Counted from the stretch's first letter, positions 1-9,692 are shown. The stretch is 64,000 nt of DNA from an uncultured Gammaproteobacteria bacterium (GCA_964566225.1 CAZMHV010000004.1:64248-128247); one strand, 5' to 3'. The notes: generated from the sequence alone by a model not told the origin. Translations and numbers: made by a program.

Positions 1-2
1 CG

Positions 3-113
3 CTCGAAGAGCTCGCCAAGAACGCCGGCCCGGACGCCCCCGCCGTCCGGAACCTCATCAACGACGTCAAGGTGACCGCGGAGAAGGTCGCCATGAAGGC
101 CGCCGGGCTCTGA
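3..113 (+). CDS. C-terminal fragment of a CDS running in from upstream (…LEELAKNAGPDAPAVRNLINDVKVTAEKVAMKAAGL*). It is possibly the AAA+ partner of the downstream vWA gene.
   Basis: Open frame 3 runs to a TGA at 111-113. A GGAGGAG RBS and the ATG of the next gene follow 18 nt later. GC3 is high. By analogy with the AAA+ then vWA order at 45.8-43.1 kb. Confidence 0.3.
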   Translation, partial: LEELAKNAGPDAPAVRNLINDVKVTAEKVAMKAAGL

Positions 114-131
114 ACCCGAGCGAGGAGGAGA

Positions 132-1820
132 ATGAGCAAGACGCAAAATGCTCCTCCGCTCGCCCGGGAGGAGCTGCTCTCAGCGATGGTCACGGACGCG
201 GATGCCTTCACCGCGCTCCGGTACCTCCGCTCGCGGGAAGAAACGCCCGCGATTTGGGAGCTTGAACGAAACGGCGCGAAGACATTGCCCGGCGTGACTG
301 CCGCTTTGGGTGACGTCTACCACTCCCTCTGGTCCGAAGGGGTGGATTTGAAGGATCGGACCAAGGTTCCCGCAAGTCGTCAGTACTGGCGTGGACTCCT
401 GGAAGAAACGCTCCCCACGAGCGCCTTCCACGAGCTCCATGCCAAGACCTGCGGGGACCGGCTGCTCTCCACCATGGGCACGGTGGAAGCGGCGAAGACA
501 ATTCTCAAGTTGGTGCCCAAGGCGGACGGCGAGAAGCTCGAGAAGATTGCTGAGGCGCAAGCCAAGGCAGATCAACTCGAGCAGGAAGCCTCGGACGCTC
601 AAGCTCACGCCGACGGCCTGGAGCAGATGGCCTCAGAAATGATGGCCAATGCCCAGGGTGGCGGCAAGCCCGGGAAGCCTGCTGGTGGGAACCCTTCGGG
701 GAACTCGCCGGGTGGTAACTCGGGCGGAATGAGCGCGGCCGAGGCACAGAACCTCGCCAATAAGCTCTCCGAGCAGTGGGCCGATGCGCAGGCAAAGGCT
801 GACGATGCTCGGGCCGCGGCCGACCAGGCGACGGCCGCAGCCAATGCTCAGGCCGAAGCGCTGATGGGGAAACCCGGAAGTGCCGAGGCCGAAGCCAAGC
901 TGCGTGAGCTGGCGAGGTTGGGCCAAGCGGCTCTCCAGGCCACCACTGCGAAGGTCACCGAGGTTTCGGAGACCATTCAAGGCTGGGGTCTGGAAAAAGG
1001 CGAGCTCGAGAAGATGGAGATCCCCGAGGCCATGGGGCTCCTCGAGAAGATGCGGAAGAACTCCGCCTTCAAGAGCTTCGCCACCCTCCTCGGTCGGATG
1101 CGTGCCATGGCCGCCAAAAAGGCACGCTCCAAGATCGAGGGTGAAGGGCGCCGGGTGACTCGCCAGGAAACTGGTCGAGATATCTCGCGCGCCTACCCGA
1201 GCGAGCTCGCCGCGCTCTCTCACCCCGCCACCCGCCTGCCGGCGCTCCTCCGATGGTCTCGAGGAGAGCTCCGGCTTCGTGGCCAAGAGACCAAGCAGAC
1301 GCTCGGCCGTGGAGACATTGTCGTCTGTGAAGACGGCTCGGGCTCCATGGATGGACCGAAGCAGCAGTGGGCCAAGGGAGTTTCACTCTCCCTGGCACAC
1401 TTTGCTAAGATCCAAAAGCGCGGCTTTGGCTGGATCATGTTCGACACCCGTGTGGTGAAGGATAAGGTTCGGCCGGGCGGCGTTCTGTCGGCAATCGACA
1501 TGCTCGATATTGCTGACAGCCGGTCGGGCGGAGGAACCAGCTTCGAAGCGCCGCTGAAGCGCGCTGTCGAGATGATCAAGGCGAAAGGTCTGAAGAAGGC
1601 CGACATCGTCTTTGTCACTGACGGCGAGTGCGCGGTCTCCGAAGCGTTCCTCGAGTGCTTCCTCGCCGCCAAAAAGGCGCTCGAGTTCACGGTCGTCACG
1701 GTTCTGTGCGACGTGGGTGAGAGCGCTCGAAAGACGGTCGAGAAGTTTTCCGACAAGGTCGAGCAAGTCTCGCAGTTCACGGTAGAAACTGCAGAGGCGA
1801 AGGTGTTCAATCACCTCTAG
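132..1820 (+). CDS. vWA-domain protein, CobT-like architecture. It has an N-terminal domain, an acidic/coiled low-complexity middle, and a C-terminal von Willebrand A domain with a MIDAS motif (DGSGSM…GGGT…TDG).
   Basis: A GGAGGAG RBS lies 4 nt upstream of the ATG. The vWA MIDAS motif DxSxS (VVCEDGSGSMDG), the T (GGGTSF) and a late D (FVTDGE) are present. GC3 is high. It is a paralogue of the 43095..44504 protein. Confidence 0.65.
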   Translation: MSKTQNAPPLAREELLSAMVTDADAFTALRYLRSREETPAIWELERNGAKTLPGVTAALGDVYHSLWSEGVDLKDRTKVPASRQYWRGLLEETLPTSAFHELHAKTCGDRLLSTMGTVEAAKTILKLVPKADGEKLEKIAEAQAKADQLEQEASDAQAHADGLEQMASEMMANAQGGGKPGKPAGGNPSGNSPGGNSGGMSAAEAQNLANKLSEQWADAQAKADDARAAADQATAAANAQAEALMGKPGSAEAEAKLRELARLGQAALQATTAKVTEVSETIQGWGLEKGELEKMEIPEAMGLLEKMRKNSAFKSFATLLGRMRAMAAKKARSKIEGEGRRVTRQETGRDISRAYPSELAALSHPATRLPALLRWSRGELRLRGQETKQTLGRGDIVVCEDGSGSMDGPKQQWAKGVSLSLAHFAKIQKRGFGWIMFDTRVVKDKVRPGGVLSAIDMLDIADSRSGGGTSFEAPLKRAVEMIKAKGLKKADIVFVTDGECAVSEAFLECFLAAKKALEFTVVTVLCDVGESARKTVEKFSDKVEQVSQFTVETAEAKVFNHL

Positions 1821-2030
1821 AGCTCGTACTCCTACCCAGTTCCCAGCAGTTGGCATCGCTGGTTGAGCTGTCCAACAAACCGCCACGAGGATTCGTAGTG
1901 ACCTCAAAACAAAATTTCACTGCATTGCACTTGGCCCGTCTAGCACATTGACGGGGCCAATCTTATCCTCACGAGCAATGGTGTTCGCGGGGAAAAGGTT
2001 TGGTTCAACCTCGAAAGTGGAGAAATAATC

Positions 2031-4037
2031 GTGGATACCAACAACATCAACCCCGCGTCGAATATTGTCACGCTCCTGGCCGAGCGTGGCAAGAATTACG
2101 ACAAGACGGGCGAGGTGGTGGGTTTCCACTTCCTCTCTCGGAAGAAGTCCTGCTTGGTCTTCTTCCCGCGGGGTATCAAATGCGAAGCAGGGAAGGAGTA
2201 CCGGATGGAGCTCCTTCCCATTGTCGAGCAAGGCGGCCAGGCCAAGCTCGATCGGGCTGGGAACCCGCTGTACAACTCCCGTCCATCCCCGCCGGTCGTG
2301 TCGGAGAAGTGGATCGAGGAGGGGGGCAACCTCCTTCACGTCCGCATCTCCACCGACTGGCGGCTCGAGGCGAAGCGGGTGGCGCTCCTCGAGACCAAGA
2401 AGCCTGCCACCCGCGAGAGGGAGCTCTACACCGACAAAAAGTATGAGTTGGTGTGGGGCACAGACCTGTTGTCGTCGGCGGTCATGGTCAAGCCCGAGAC
2501 TGTGGTTGCCCTGGAAGTGGAGGCCACGGACAATGGTGAGCTCGTTTGGAAAAAGATCAGCGAGCGTCGAGACTCCAAGCCCACGAGCAACTACTCTCTG
2601 GAGAAGTACAACCTCCGGGAGAATGAGAGCTCGTGGACCTGGAAGCGGATCGACATCACCCACGACCCCGCGGGCACGGTCTCGCTTCACCTGTACTTTG
2701 ATGAAGGCTTGGGCTACACGTCCGAGCACCATCACCGTACGGTGTGGGGCGACCTCCCCAAGTGGCTCAAGGACGAGCTTTTGGTGAATTACCCGATCTG
2801 CTCTTGCTCCCGCCAGCGGCTCGATCCCTCCAAGAATGCCGACGGATACTCGAAGTGCGAGATCTGTCGGACCGAGGAGAAGTGCGCCCGCTGTGGCAAG
2901 CAGCCCATCGCGGTGAAGGTGGTGAATAACTGCCTCATCTGCGATAGCTGCCGACCGCTCGTCGAGCAGGAGAACCTCATCCACGAGAAGGTGTCGGCCG
3001 AGAAGTTGGCCGAGCTGGCGGCCCAGGCCCAGCTCCTCCTCACAGGCAAAGTGTTCGAGGGGGAGACGGGCGAAATGGTGGCACGGACGTTGGTCGAGCA
3101 GCTCAAGGACGAGTCTGCTCGGCGTGAGGCTCTGCGGGTATGTGCCGGGTACCCCTGGTACTATATTTCGCAGGACTTCATCTTCGGGTCCAAGTTTGGG
3201 CTCGAAGCTCTGGAGATTCTGTGCCACATCAACCAGGCCAAGGGCAATGGCCTGGTGCGACTGGTCTCGTGGGTGATGGGCTACCATAAGACCACTGATC
3301 AGGACGGGGACTTCTACACCCGCACCCAGGTCAAGGGCGAGGCTCTGGCTCCGGAGATTTCTTCCTGGAGCACGTTCAGCGACCTGGCGGTCGGCGTCTG
3401 CATCTTCGACTTCGCCACTACTCGGCGGCGAGAAGAAGAACAGCGTCAGGCCGAGGCTGCCGAAAGGTCTCGCCTTGAGAAGCTGCTCGTCCATGACTAC
3501 GTTCGTGGCGACCTCGTGCTCGCCACCCGGATCGACGCCTTTGTCAAAGAGGCATTCCGGATCCGTGGTCACCATACCGTGGCTCTCCTCAAGAAAGAAG
3601 ATGGGGAAGCCTACGGACGTGGTGGTCGCACTGCGTCCATCGAGGAACAGTTCCCTGGCATCGACCACCAGGGGTTGGACTGGGCCGCAGGCCGGGATAT
3701 CGTTCCCGTGGCCTTCTGGGCTGAGACCAGCCTCTTTGGTCAGGTCAAGGTGATCGTTCCGACCGAGGGAAAGTTCACGTTCAAGACCGACCGGCACTTT
3801 CAGTGCACGGGGTGCGGTTGCATCGTGAATGTCGCGAAGCCTGACTGGAACATGTTCCGCAACGGGAACTCCATCAAGGTTTCGTGTCCTTCGTGTTATC
3901 GGTGGGACTGGGTGGATTCGTCCATCCAGAAGTCGCAGACCAAGCTCGAGGCGCCGAAGCCGGCTGTCACCAATAACGGTGGAAGCGTTACGGCTGATGC
4001 GTTGGCCGCCCTCAAGGCCAAGTTCGGCGGCCGCTGA
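2031..4037 (+). CDS. Hypothetical 668-aa protein with two Cys-rich zinc-ribbon-like clusters (CSCSRQ…CEICRTEEKCARCGKQ…CLICDSC and CTGCGC…CPSCYRW).
   Basis: Long ORF with strong GC3 bias and diverse amino-acid composition. The overlapping 725-aa minus-strand ORF is R/L/G-rich, as expected for an antisense frame. Confidence 0.55.
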   Translation: MDTNNINPASNIVTLLAERGKNYDKTGEVVGFHFLSRKKSCLVFFPRGIKCEAGKEYRMELLPIVEQGGQAKLDRAGNPLYNSRPSPPVVSEKWIEEGGNLLHVRISTDWRLEAKRVALLETKKPATRERELYTDKKYELVWGTDLLSSAVMVKPETVVALEVEATDNGELVWKKISERRDSKPTSNYSLEKYNLRENESSWTWKRIDITHDPAGTVSLHLYFDEGLGYTSEHHHRTVWGDLPKWLKDELLVNYPICSCSRQRLDPSKNADGYSKCEICRTEEKCARCGKQPIAVKVVNNCLICDSCRPLVEQENLIHEKVSAEKLAELAAQAQLLLTGKVFEGETGEMVARTLVEQLKDESARREALRVCAGYPWYYISQDFIFGSKFGLEALEILCHINQAKGNGLVRLVSWVMGYHKTTDQDGDFYTRTQVKGEALAPEISSWSTFSDLAVGVCIFDFATTRRREEEQRQAEAAERSRLEKLLVHDYVRGDLVLATRIDAFVKEAFRIRGHHTVALLKKEDGEAYGRGGRTASIEEQFPGIDHQGLDWAAGRDIVPVAFWAETSLFGQVKVIVPTEGKFTFKTDRHFQCTGCGCIVNVAKPDWNMFRNGNSIKVSCPSCYRWDWVDSSIQKSQTKLEAPKPAVTNNGGSVTADALAALKAKFGGR

Positions 4038-4205
4038 GTCTTTGCTATAAAGAAAAATCTTCTTGCCAGAAAAGGCGTGCAAGAAGTCATCCAAAATCGC
4101 CTTTTAAGTTTCGACTGGTTGGCACTGGTCTTGAGACTTTCAAAAGAAACGCCATGGGAGGTAGGTAACTCCCAAGAAAAAACATCTTACCAAAAACTCG
4201 GTAGA

Positions 4206-4280
4206 TCGGGACATCAAGCTTGCACAGCTCTGTCCCGAACTCCCACGAAATTTTTATTGATGTAGAAGTTTCATGGGAGT
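4206..4280 (+). repeat. Hairpin/AT-box module copy 1. An 8-bp inverted repeat (TCGGGACA N17 TGTCCCGA) is followed by ACTCCCACGAAATTTTTATTGATGTAGAAGTTTCATGGGAGT.
   Basis: A near-identical module recurs at 4904-4976. AACTCCC and GGGAGT form a second inverted pair around an AT-rich core. Confidence 0.55.
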
Positions 4281-4401
4281 CAAATCCAAACTATGGGCGG
4301 CTGGCAGCACCCAAAAGTTTTTCTCTCTATCTGCCAGAAACTGTTTGGAAACCATTGCAATAAGCCCCACGAAGAAATTCGACGGAAGTGTGGGGAAGTA
4401 A

Positions 4402-4719
4402 ATGCAGTGGTGGAGGAAAATGACAAAGAATCTCTTTGTTGTCATCTCCCGAGACGTGTGGTACGACAAAAAGACCACAGACTCGGTGATTGTCCACCTC
4501 GTTGAAGAGGGGGACAGTTTCTCCACCGGTGGCGGATCCTATGGCAACGAGTACAGCACGGATGTGTATGTATTTCTTGCCGTCGGTGTTACTGTCACCG
4601 ATGTGAGCGGGACAGACTCCAAGCTCTTTGCTCATCTGCGATCCAAGTTCGACGACTTGGGAGTGGTGAGTAATGAAGAGCTTCTCGAGAACGTGTATGC
4701 GTTCTTGAGAGCTCTTTAA
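4402..4719 (+). CDS. Small hypothetical protein (105 aa).
   Basis: ORF lying between the two hairpin/AT-box modules. Composition is plausible but no motif was recognised. Confidence 0.35.
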   Translation: MQWWRKMTKNLFVVISRDVWYDKKTTDSVIVHLVEEGDSFSTGGGSYGNEYSTDVYVFLAVGVTVTDVSGTDSKLFAHLRSKFDDLGVVSNEELLENVYAFLRAL

Positions 4720-4903
4720 GCGGATAGAGTCTGTTCAGAAGTCCTCCCCAAGGTCTTGAGCAGAGATGAAGGGGAGTGAATAAAGAAAGCGGATCGGCAT
4801 ATGCCGACGGGGTTGGGAGAAAGACCTGACTTTGAGCTGCCAGCAACCGTGCAGCAAGACCGCAAGCTTAGGGTGGTAACCTCAACAACCAAGCAACTCG
4901 GAA

Positions 4904-4976
4904 CTCGGGACAGGGTGAGCACTCATCTGTCCCGAACTCCCTCGAGATTTTTAAATATAAAAGTTTCAAGGGAGTG
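4904..4976 (+). repeat. Hairpin/AT-box module copy 2 (CTCGGGACA N15 TGTCCCGAG, then ACTCCCTCGAGATTTTTAAATATAAAAGTTTCAAGGGAGT).
   Basis: Direct comparison with 4206-4280. It lies 58 nt upstream of the 5034 ATG. Confidence 0.55.
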
Positions 4977-5033
4977 TGAATTTTCTGCTCCAGAGTAGTA
5001 ATAGAAGCAACGAACTCAAGCAAGGACGATACC

Positions 5034-5720
5034 GTGAATACGATGAAAAAGTTCTGGACGATGAAGGATGGTCAGGTTGGCACGGCTCACAAAAACCGCC
5101 ACGGCGAGGAGGTCGACTTCCGGCCGGGGGAGTGTTTTCTTGAGTGGGTTGAAGGAGGCAGCAGCCAACGACCTGGCATGATGAGCGATGTGCCGGACGA
5201 GGAGGCCATCAAGTCTGCGATCTCGCTGTTGCGGGTCGTTCTGGTTCCTGCCAAGGGTGTCCAGTGCGAGAGTCTCGTCCTTCCTTCCACGAGCATCGAC
5301 TACGAGTCGAGCGTGGACAATCGCGGTGTGGTCATGGTGCGAGTCAATCGCATGGTGGCCACCTACGAGGGACTGGAATTTCAGTCTAGCAAAGACAGGC
5401 TGGGCGCAGCGATTCTGGTCAACTTCTACTCCCTCGTCGCCCGCCAGGCCCAGCGACAGGCCGCAGTCGAGCAGCTGGAGCAGCTGCGTCAGCAGCACCC
5501 GGCTGCCACGGCCCTCACCCCGCGTGAGGCCATCACGTTCGGAAAGCCGGTCTTCGCCAAGCTCCGGCATCAGAACCCTCTGGACTGGAAGAAGGCGGCG
5601 GTGAAGGTTCAGCAGAATTTGTTGAGACACTTCGCAATCACCGACATCCGGATCCTCCCGACGTGGGCACAGGACCTCGAGACCCTGCGCAGCCACATCT
5701 TGGAGCAGCGAGTCGGTTGA
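5034..5720 (+). CDS. Hypothetical protein (228 aa).
   Basis: Strong GC3 bias in this frame. The overlapping minus-strand 285-aa ORF has antisense-like composition. Confidence 0.5.
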   Translation: MNTMKKFWTMKDGQVGTAHKNRHGEEVDFRPGECFLEWVEGGSSQRPGMMSDVPDEEAIKSAISLLRVVLVPAKGVQCESLVLPSTSIDYESSVDNRGVVMVRVNRMVATYEGLEFQSSKDRLGAAILVNFYSLVARQAQRQAAVEQLEQLRQQHPAATALTPREAITFGKPVFAKLRHQNPLDWKKAAVKVQQNLLRHFAITDIRILPTWAQDLETLRSHILEQRVG

Positions 5721-5954
5721 TTTTTCCACACTCCCCAAAGCTGTGTTCTTGCCCTCTCCAAAAAAGAGGGCAAGCGCCAGAAGATCCCGGGCATCCTGCC
5801 TGGGTTCCACCTCAATTCTTGAGGCGTACTTCATGGGCGGAGCGTTCAACCCGAACTGCTCCGCCCTCCACACAGAAAGAGAAAATTACAAAAGAGAATC
5901 TTCGAATACTCTCTCCTCGAGGAATCTCCAACATTTTTTTCTCTTTCGGTGTGG

Positions 5955-5995
5955 AATAAAAAATACTGTTTACGCAACAGTATTTTTTGTTTTCA
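5955..5995. terminator. Bidirectional rho-independent terminator (AAAAAATACTGTT-TACGC-AACAGTATTTTTTGTTTT) at the high-GC/low-GC boundary.
   Basis: Perfect 9-bp stem with an A-run 5' and a T-run 3'. Confidence 0.6.
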
Positions 5996-6014
5996 AAATT
6001 TTGTATAAAATAAT

Positions 6015-7298
6015 TTACATCGTCTCAATCTTCACCATCTGTTCAAGTCGTCGAATATCTGCCAAAAGTTTTGATCGTTCTTTGTTAAACAATATAATAT
6101 CAAACACACTGCTGCCACCATGTTTGGCAAAAGTGCAGGCTTCACCAACTTTTTTGTGTACAGAAATTTTTTGAAATGAATCTAACTCTTTGGCTTTTTT
6201 GACACCAAGCAAACTCACCAGGCGGCCTTCTTTTTTGGCAAAAAATTTCATGGCTACACTGTGACCTTTTACTTTATTTGGAATCTGTGGTTTTTGTGGA
6301 ATGCGAACTAAAATATCATTCATGGTGTGGTTGATGCCAAAAGACAATTCGTAGAGTTTGTGTCTGAATCCTCCAACGCGTGGACCGAGTTCAATAATTT
6401 TCCAACCTTTTTCGGTGCGCATGAGTTCAATGTGAACACTGGTACTGCGCAGCCCAAGTGCATGCACAGCCTCGGTGGCAACATTTTCTGCATCACGTGT
6501 TGAAGCTTTTTTGAGCAGCGTTGGAGTCATTTGTTCGTATCCAAAAAAATCATCAAATCCAATAGTGCGCCCGGTTTTCACTGAGACCAGTGGACAAAAA
6601 TATACTTTTCCTCGTGCTGTCACATAGGCATCAATTGAGTACATGGTGCCTTCCATAAATTGTTCAACCAAAACTTTTTTTTCACCTTGATACCCATGTG
6701 CTTTGTACACCGAATTCAATTTACGAAAAACTTTTTTGAGCACATCTTGCAGTTCTTTTTTGTGATACACAATACTCACCAGGCGACTGGCACCAAGGCC
6801 ACTTGGTTTGACCACGAGTGGAAATCCAACTTTTTGTTCAATTTTTTTCAAAGATTTTTTGGTGGTGTCAGAAACCAAAGTATATGACGGAGTAATTTTT
6901 TTGTCATACAAAAAAAGCCTGCGACGCATCCACACTTTGTCTGTGGCCCAAATAAGTGATTTGGGAGTTGGAGTGCGCAGGTATGGTACATGTGGCACCA
7001 CTTTGGCCATGAGGGGAATGTGATTATCTCCTCGGCAGGTAATTGCGAGCAATTCACTTTCAATGGGTGCCAAAGTTTTTTGGAGGGCAATATCTGAATT
7101 GATATCGCAATCCAGAATCATGTTTATTTTATTGGGGGAAACTTTTTTTACTTTTCCAATTTTATGTTTGGAGTCAATAAGAGAGGCAATACGAAATTTT
7201 TGTTTGGATTTTTTTTCGTATTTACGAATAATGGAAATGGTGGCGCTGTTGACGCCTCCTACAAACAAAAGAATATTTTTTGGATTTGATTTTTTCAT
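6015..7298 (-). CDS. ATP-grasp domain protein.
   Basis: ATP-grasp-like motifs (FPLVVKPSGLGASRLVSIV, EQFMEGTMYSIDAYV). Start set at MKKSNPK (7298) because a terminator hairpin occupies 7337-7356. Confidence 0.6.
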   Translation of the reverse strand: MKKSNPKNILLFVGGVNSATISIIRKYEKKSKQKFRIASLIDSKHKIGKVKKVSPNKINMILDCDINSDIALQKTLAPIESELLAITCRGDNHIPLMAKVVPHVPYLRTPTPKSLIWATDKVWMRRRLFLYDKKITPSYTLVSDTTKKSLKKIEQKVGFPLVVKPSGLGASRLVSIVYHKKELQDVLKKVFRKLNSVYKAHGYQGEKKVLVEQFMEGTMYSIDAYVTARGKVYFCPLVSVKTGRTIGFDDFFGYEQMTPTLLKKASTRDAENVATEAVHALGLRSTSVHIELMRTEKGWKIIELGPRVGGFRHKLYELSFGINHTMNDILVRIPQKPQIPNKVKGHSVAMKFFAKKEGRLVSLLGVKKAKELDSFQKISVHKKVGEACTFAKHGGSSVFDIILFNKERSKLLADIRRLEQMVKIETM

Positions 7299-7336
7299 AC
7301 AGGCGGTAGAGCGGAGGCGTTTTTTCAAAAAGATGA

Positions 7337-7356
7337 AAAAGGTCTTCCACAAGAAG
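7337..7356 (-). terminator. Rho-independent terminator of the PfkB-family gene. On the minus strand GGTCTTC-TTGTG-GAAGACC is followed by TTTTTCATCTTTTT.
   Basis: 7-bp GC-containing stem followed by a T-run, immediately after the stop at 7387. Confidence 0.5.
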
Positions 7357-7386
7357 ACCCATATATACAGCAAAAAATCTCAAAAG

Positions 7387-8358
7387 TCAAGAGTTAAGAG
7401 CCTGAGGCAGGGGATGGTTTTTGATAAATTTTTTGATGCCGGTTTCATCAAGCAGGCCAGTTTGTGCTCCAAGGTGTCCAGTTACAGAAGCCGCATTGGC
7501 TGTGCCCCAGAGCATGCACTCGGCCAAAGTAAGTCCGTTTATGTGTGCTGCCAAAAACCCACTTGCATATGCATCTCCGGCTCCGGTTTTGGAAACAATT
7601 GGTACATGGTATATACCACACGAAAAAAAGTGTTCACCATTGCTGGCCGAGGAACCAACTATGCCATCAGTAAGCACGGCTGTTTTGACACCAGTTTTTA
7701 AAAGTTTCTGAAGTAAAGTTTTTGTGCTGGGGGCTTCACCAACCAACCTCTCGGCTTCTTCTTTGTTTACAAAAAGTATATCGGTGTGGGGTAAAATTTT
7801 AGCAAAAACAGATTTTTTTTCTTTGAGTTGGTAACTTCCTGGGTTGCAGGTCAAAATTGTTTTGGGGTGAGATTTTTTGTAGGCGATGACTTTTTTTTGA
7901 ATGGTTTCAAATGAAAATCCGAGGGACGTGTAGTACAAGTATTTGCTTGGTGGCAGGCTTACTGCTTGGTAAGGGATTTTGTCAAAGTAAGAAAGAATGG
8001 TGCGTTCACCTTTGAAGTTAAGAACTACCGAATAACGACTTCGTCGCTTGGAATTTTTTTTGAGGTAATCTGTTTCAATGTGATTGCGAATGAGGTTTTT
8101 GTGAATAAGCACACCCTGGGTATCAGTACCAAGTTCTGTGCTGATGGCGCTGCGAAAGCCCATTCGTTCGACACCCACGGCTACATTGGCTGCATTGCCA
8201 CCCATGGATTCAAACGTATCGTGGATATCTATTTTGTCACCGTAGGGGAGAACCAGTTTTTCGGGTCGGTGAGATTTGTCACCATATTCCAAAGACGCGT
8301 TTTCAATATCAAGAAACGTATCCCAGGTACAATCACCAATGGTGAGAAGATCAAACAT
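7387..8358 (-). CDS. PfkB-family carbohydrate kinase (ribokinase-like).
   Basis: C-terminal GAGDAY(A)SGF signature and an N-terminal GG motif. Length is 323 aa. Confidence 0.75.
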   Translation of the reverse strand: MFDLLTIGDCTWDTFLDIENASLEYGDKSHRPEKLVLPYGDKIDIHDTFESMGGNAANVAVGVERMGFRSAISTELGTDTQGVLIHKNLIRNHIETDYLKKNSKRRSRYSVVLNFKGERTILSYFDKIPYQAVSLPPSKYLYYTSLGFSFETIQKKVIAYKKSHPKTILTCNPGSYQLKEKKSVFAKILPHTDILFVNKEEAERLVGEAPSTKTLLQKLLKTGVKTAVLTDGIVGSSASNGEHFFSCGIYHVPIVSKTGAGDAYASGFLAAHINGLTLAECMLWGTANAASVTGHLGAQTGLLDETGIKKFIKNHPLPQALNS

Positions 8359-8405
8359 ACTGTGACAGGCAGTGTTGAAGAAAAATGTGGTACAAAAAAA
8401 TTAAG

Positions 8406-8717
8406 TTATCTTTTCCACAATTTTTTATATTTTTTTAAATCATCTTGGGCATGATGATGAAGCCCCAAAAAAATTTCTGTGAATTCAATAATAGATGCAA
8501 GTGCAATGCCACCCATGGCCAAAATAAAGATTTTTTCGCCTTGGTAAATGGCATAGGCGAGTAAGCAACTGGCTCCGATGAGTTGTACCAAATCTTTGCG
8601 GTGCGCTTGTTCAAGAAAAACTGAGTATACCAAAGTAATAATACCGAGGCCGGCAATAATGTAAATGAGAATTTCTGGAATGTCGGTGGGGAGTGTCGGT
8701 ATAAAGTCGAATGGCAT
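8406..8717 (-). CDS. Small membrane protein, hypothetical.
   Basis: Two or three hydrophobic helices. No motif recognised. Confidence 0.4.
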   Translation of the reverse strand: MPFDFIPTLPTDIPEILIYIIAGLGIITLVYSVFLEQAHRKDLVQLIGASCLLAYAIYQGEKIFILAMGGIALASIIEFTEIFLGLHHHAQDDLKKYKKLWKR

Positions 8718-8719
8718 AT

Positions 8720-9673
8720 TTAAACTTCGGTCCAGCGGTTAATATAATCAATGGCAGCAAGCACGGCAGTAACACCTTGCCCGGCTGCAATAGAAATTTG
8801 TTTGTAGGGAATATTACTCACGTCGCCGGCTGCAAAAATTCCGGCAACATTGGTTTGTCCAATTTTGTCAGTAACAATTTCTCCAGCAGGATTTTTTTCT
8901 AAATTTTTGGCAAATGAAGAATTGGGAATCATGCCAACGTGTACCATGACACCATTGGTGGTAATTTCTTTTTCTTCTCCACTTATTATATCACGATACT
9001 TCACTCCCGTCACACTTTTTTCACCAAGAATTTGGAGTGTTTCAGCGTTATAAATAATTTCTACGTTTGCAAGTTGTTTCACTTTTTCAATCAAAATATT
9101 TTCTCCCTTGGGGAATCCACCTTTGGTTTCTGGTGTGTTGGCATATTTGGTGAGCAAGTACACTTTGTCGGCAATCGTACTCATCATGAGTGCAGATTCG
9201 AGTCCAGAGTTTCCCGCACCAATGGTGGTGGTAATTTTCTTTTTGTAGAGTGGCCCATCACACACGGTGCAGTAGGTCACACCACGGCCTTTGAGTTCTA
9301 CTTCTCCGGGTACACCAATGAGGCGTGGGTGAATGCCACTGCCAATGAGGACGGTTTTGGTTTCAAAACGTTTTTCATTGCCACTGTAATCTTTGGTTAC
9401 TACAACGTGATGATTTTTTTCGTGCACAATTTCGACAACTTCCAGGCCTTGTTCAAATTGAACATTATATGAAAGTGCATGTTTATGAAAATCTTGTGCG
9501 AGTTGTACACCGGTGGTATGAATTTGTCCGGGCCAATTTTCTACTTCACCCGAGAGCGCCACTTCGCCTCCAATGTCTTTACTAATAACTACAAAGTTTA
9601 AATTACGACGTGCAGCATACACAGCAGCACTGCAGCCGGCCGCAGCGGCACCAATGATAACAAGATCGAGCAT
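8720..9673 (-). CDS. trxB: Thioredoxin-disulfide reductase.
   Basis: N-terminal FAD motif IIGAAAAGCSAAVYAAR, redox-active CTVCDG, and NAD(P) motif GAGNSG. Length is 317 aa. Confidence 0.85.
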   Translation of the reverse strand: MLDLVIIGAAAAGCSAAVYAARRNLNFVVISKDIGGEVALSGEVENWPGQIHTTGVQLAQDFHKHALSYNVQFEQGLEVVEIVHEKNHHVVVTKDYSGNEKRFETKTVLIGSGIHPRLIGVPGEVELKGRGVTYCTVCDGPLYKKKITTTIGAGNSGLESALMMSTIADKVYLLTKYANTPETKGGFPKGENILIEKVKQLANVEIIYNAETLQILGEKSVTGVKYRDIISGEEKEITTNGVMVHVGMIPNSSFAKNLEKNPAGEIVTDKIGQTNVAGIFAAGDVSNIPYKQISIAAGQGVTAVLAAIDYINRWTEV

Positions 9674-9692
9674 ACAAAAAATATTTTTAATT

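Noticed and set aside
633-1286. 217-aa minus-strand ORF.
   Set aside because: Antisense to the vWA gene.
1917-4094. 725-aa ORF on the minus strand.
   Set aside because: It overlaps the plus-strand 668-aa gene completely. It is R/L/G/P-rich, as expected for the antisense frame of GC3-biased coding DNA, and the plus frame carries the GC3 bias.
5016-5873. 285-aa minus-strand ORF.
   Set aside because: It is antisense to the 5034..5720 gene and has antisense-like composition.
7299-7373. N-terminal extension of the ATP-grasp ORF to 7373.
   Set aside because: The extension runs through the terminator hairpin of the upstream gene. The internal Met at 7298 is the likely start.
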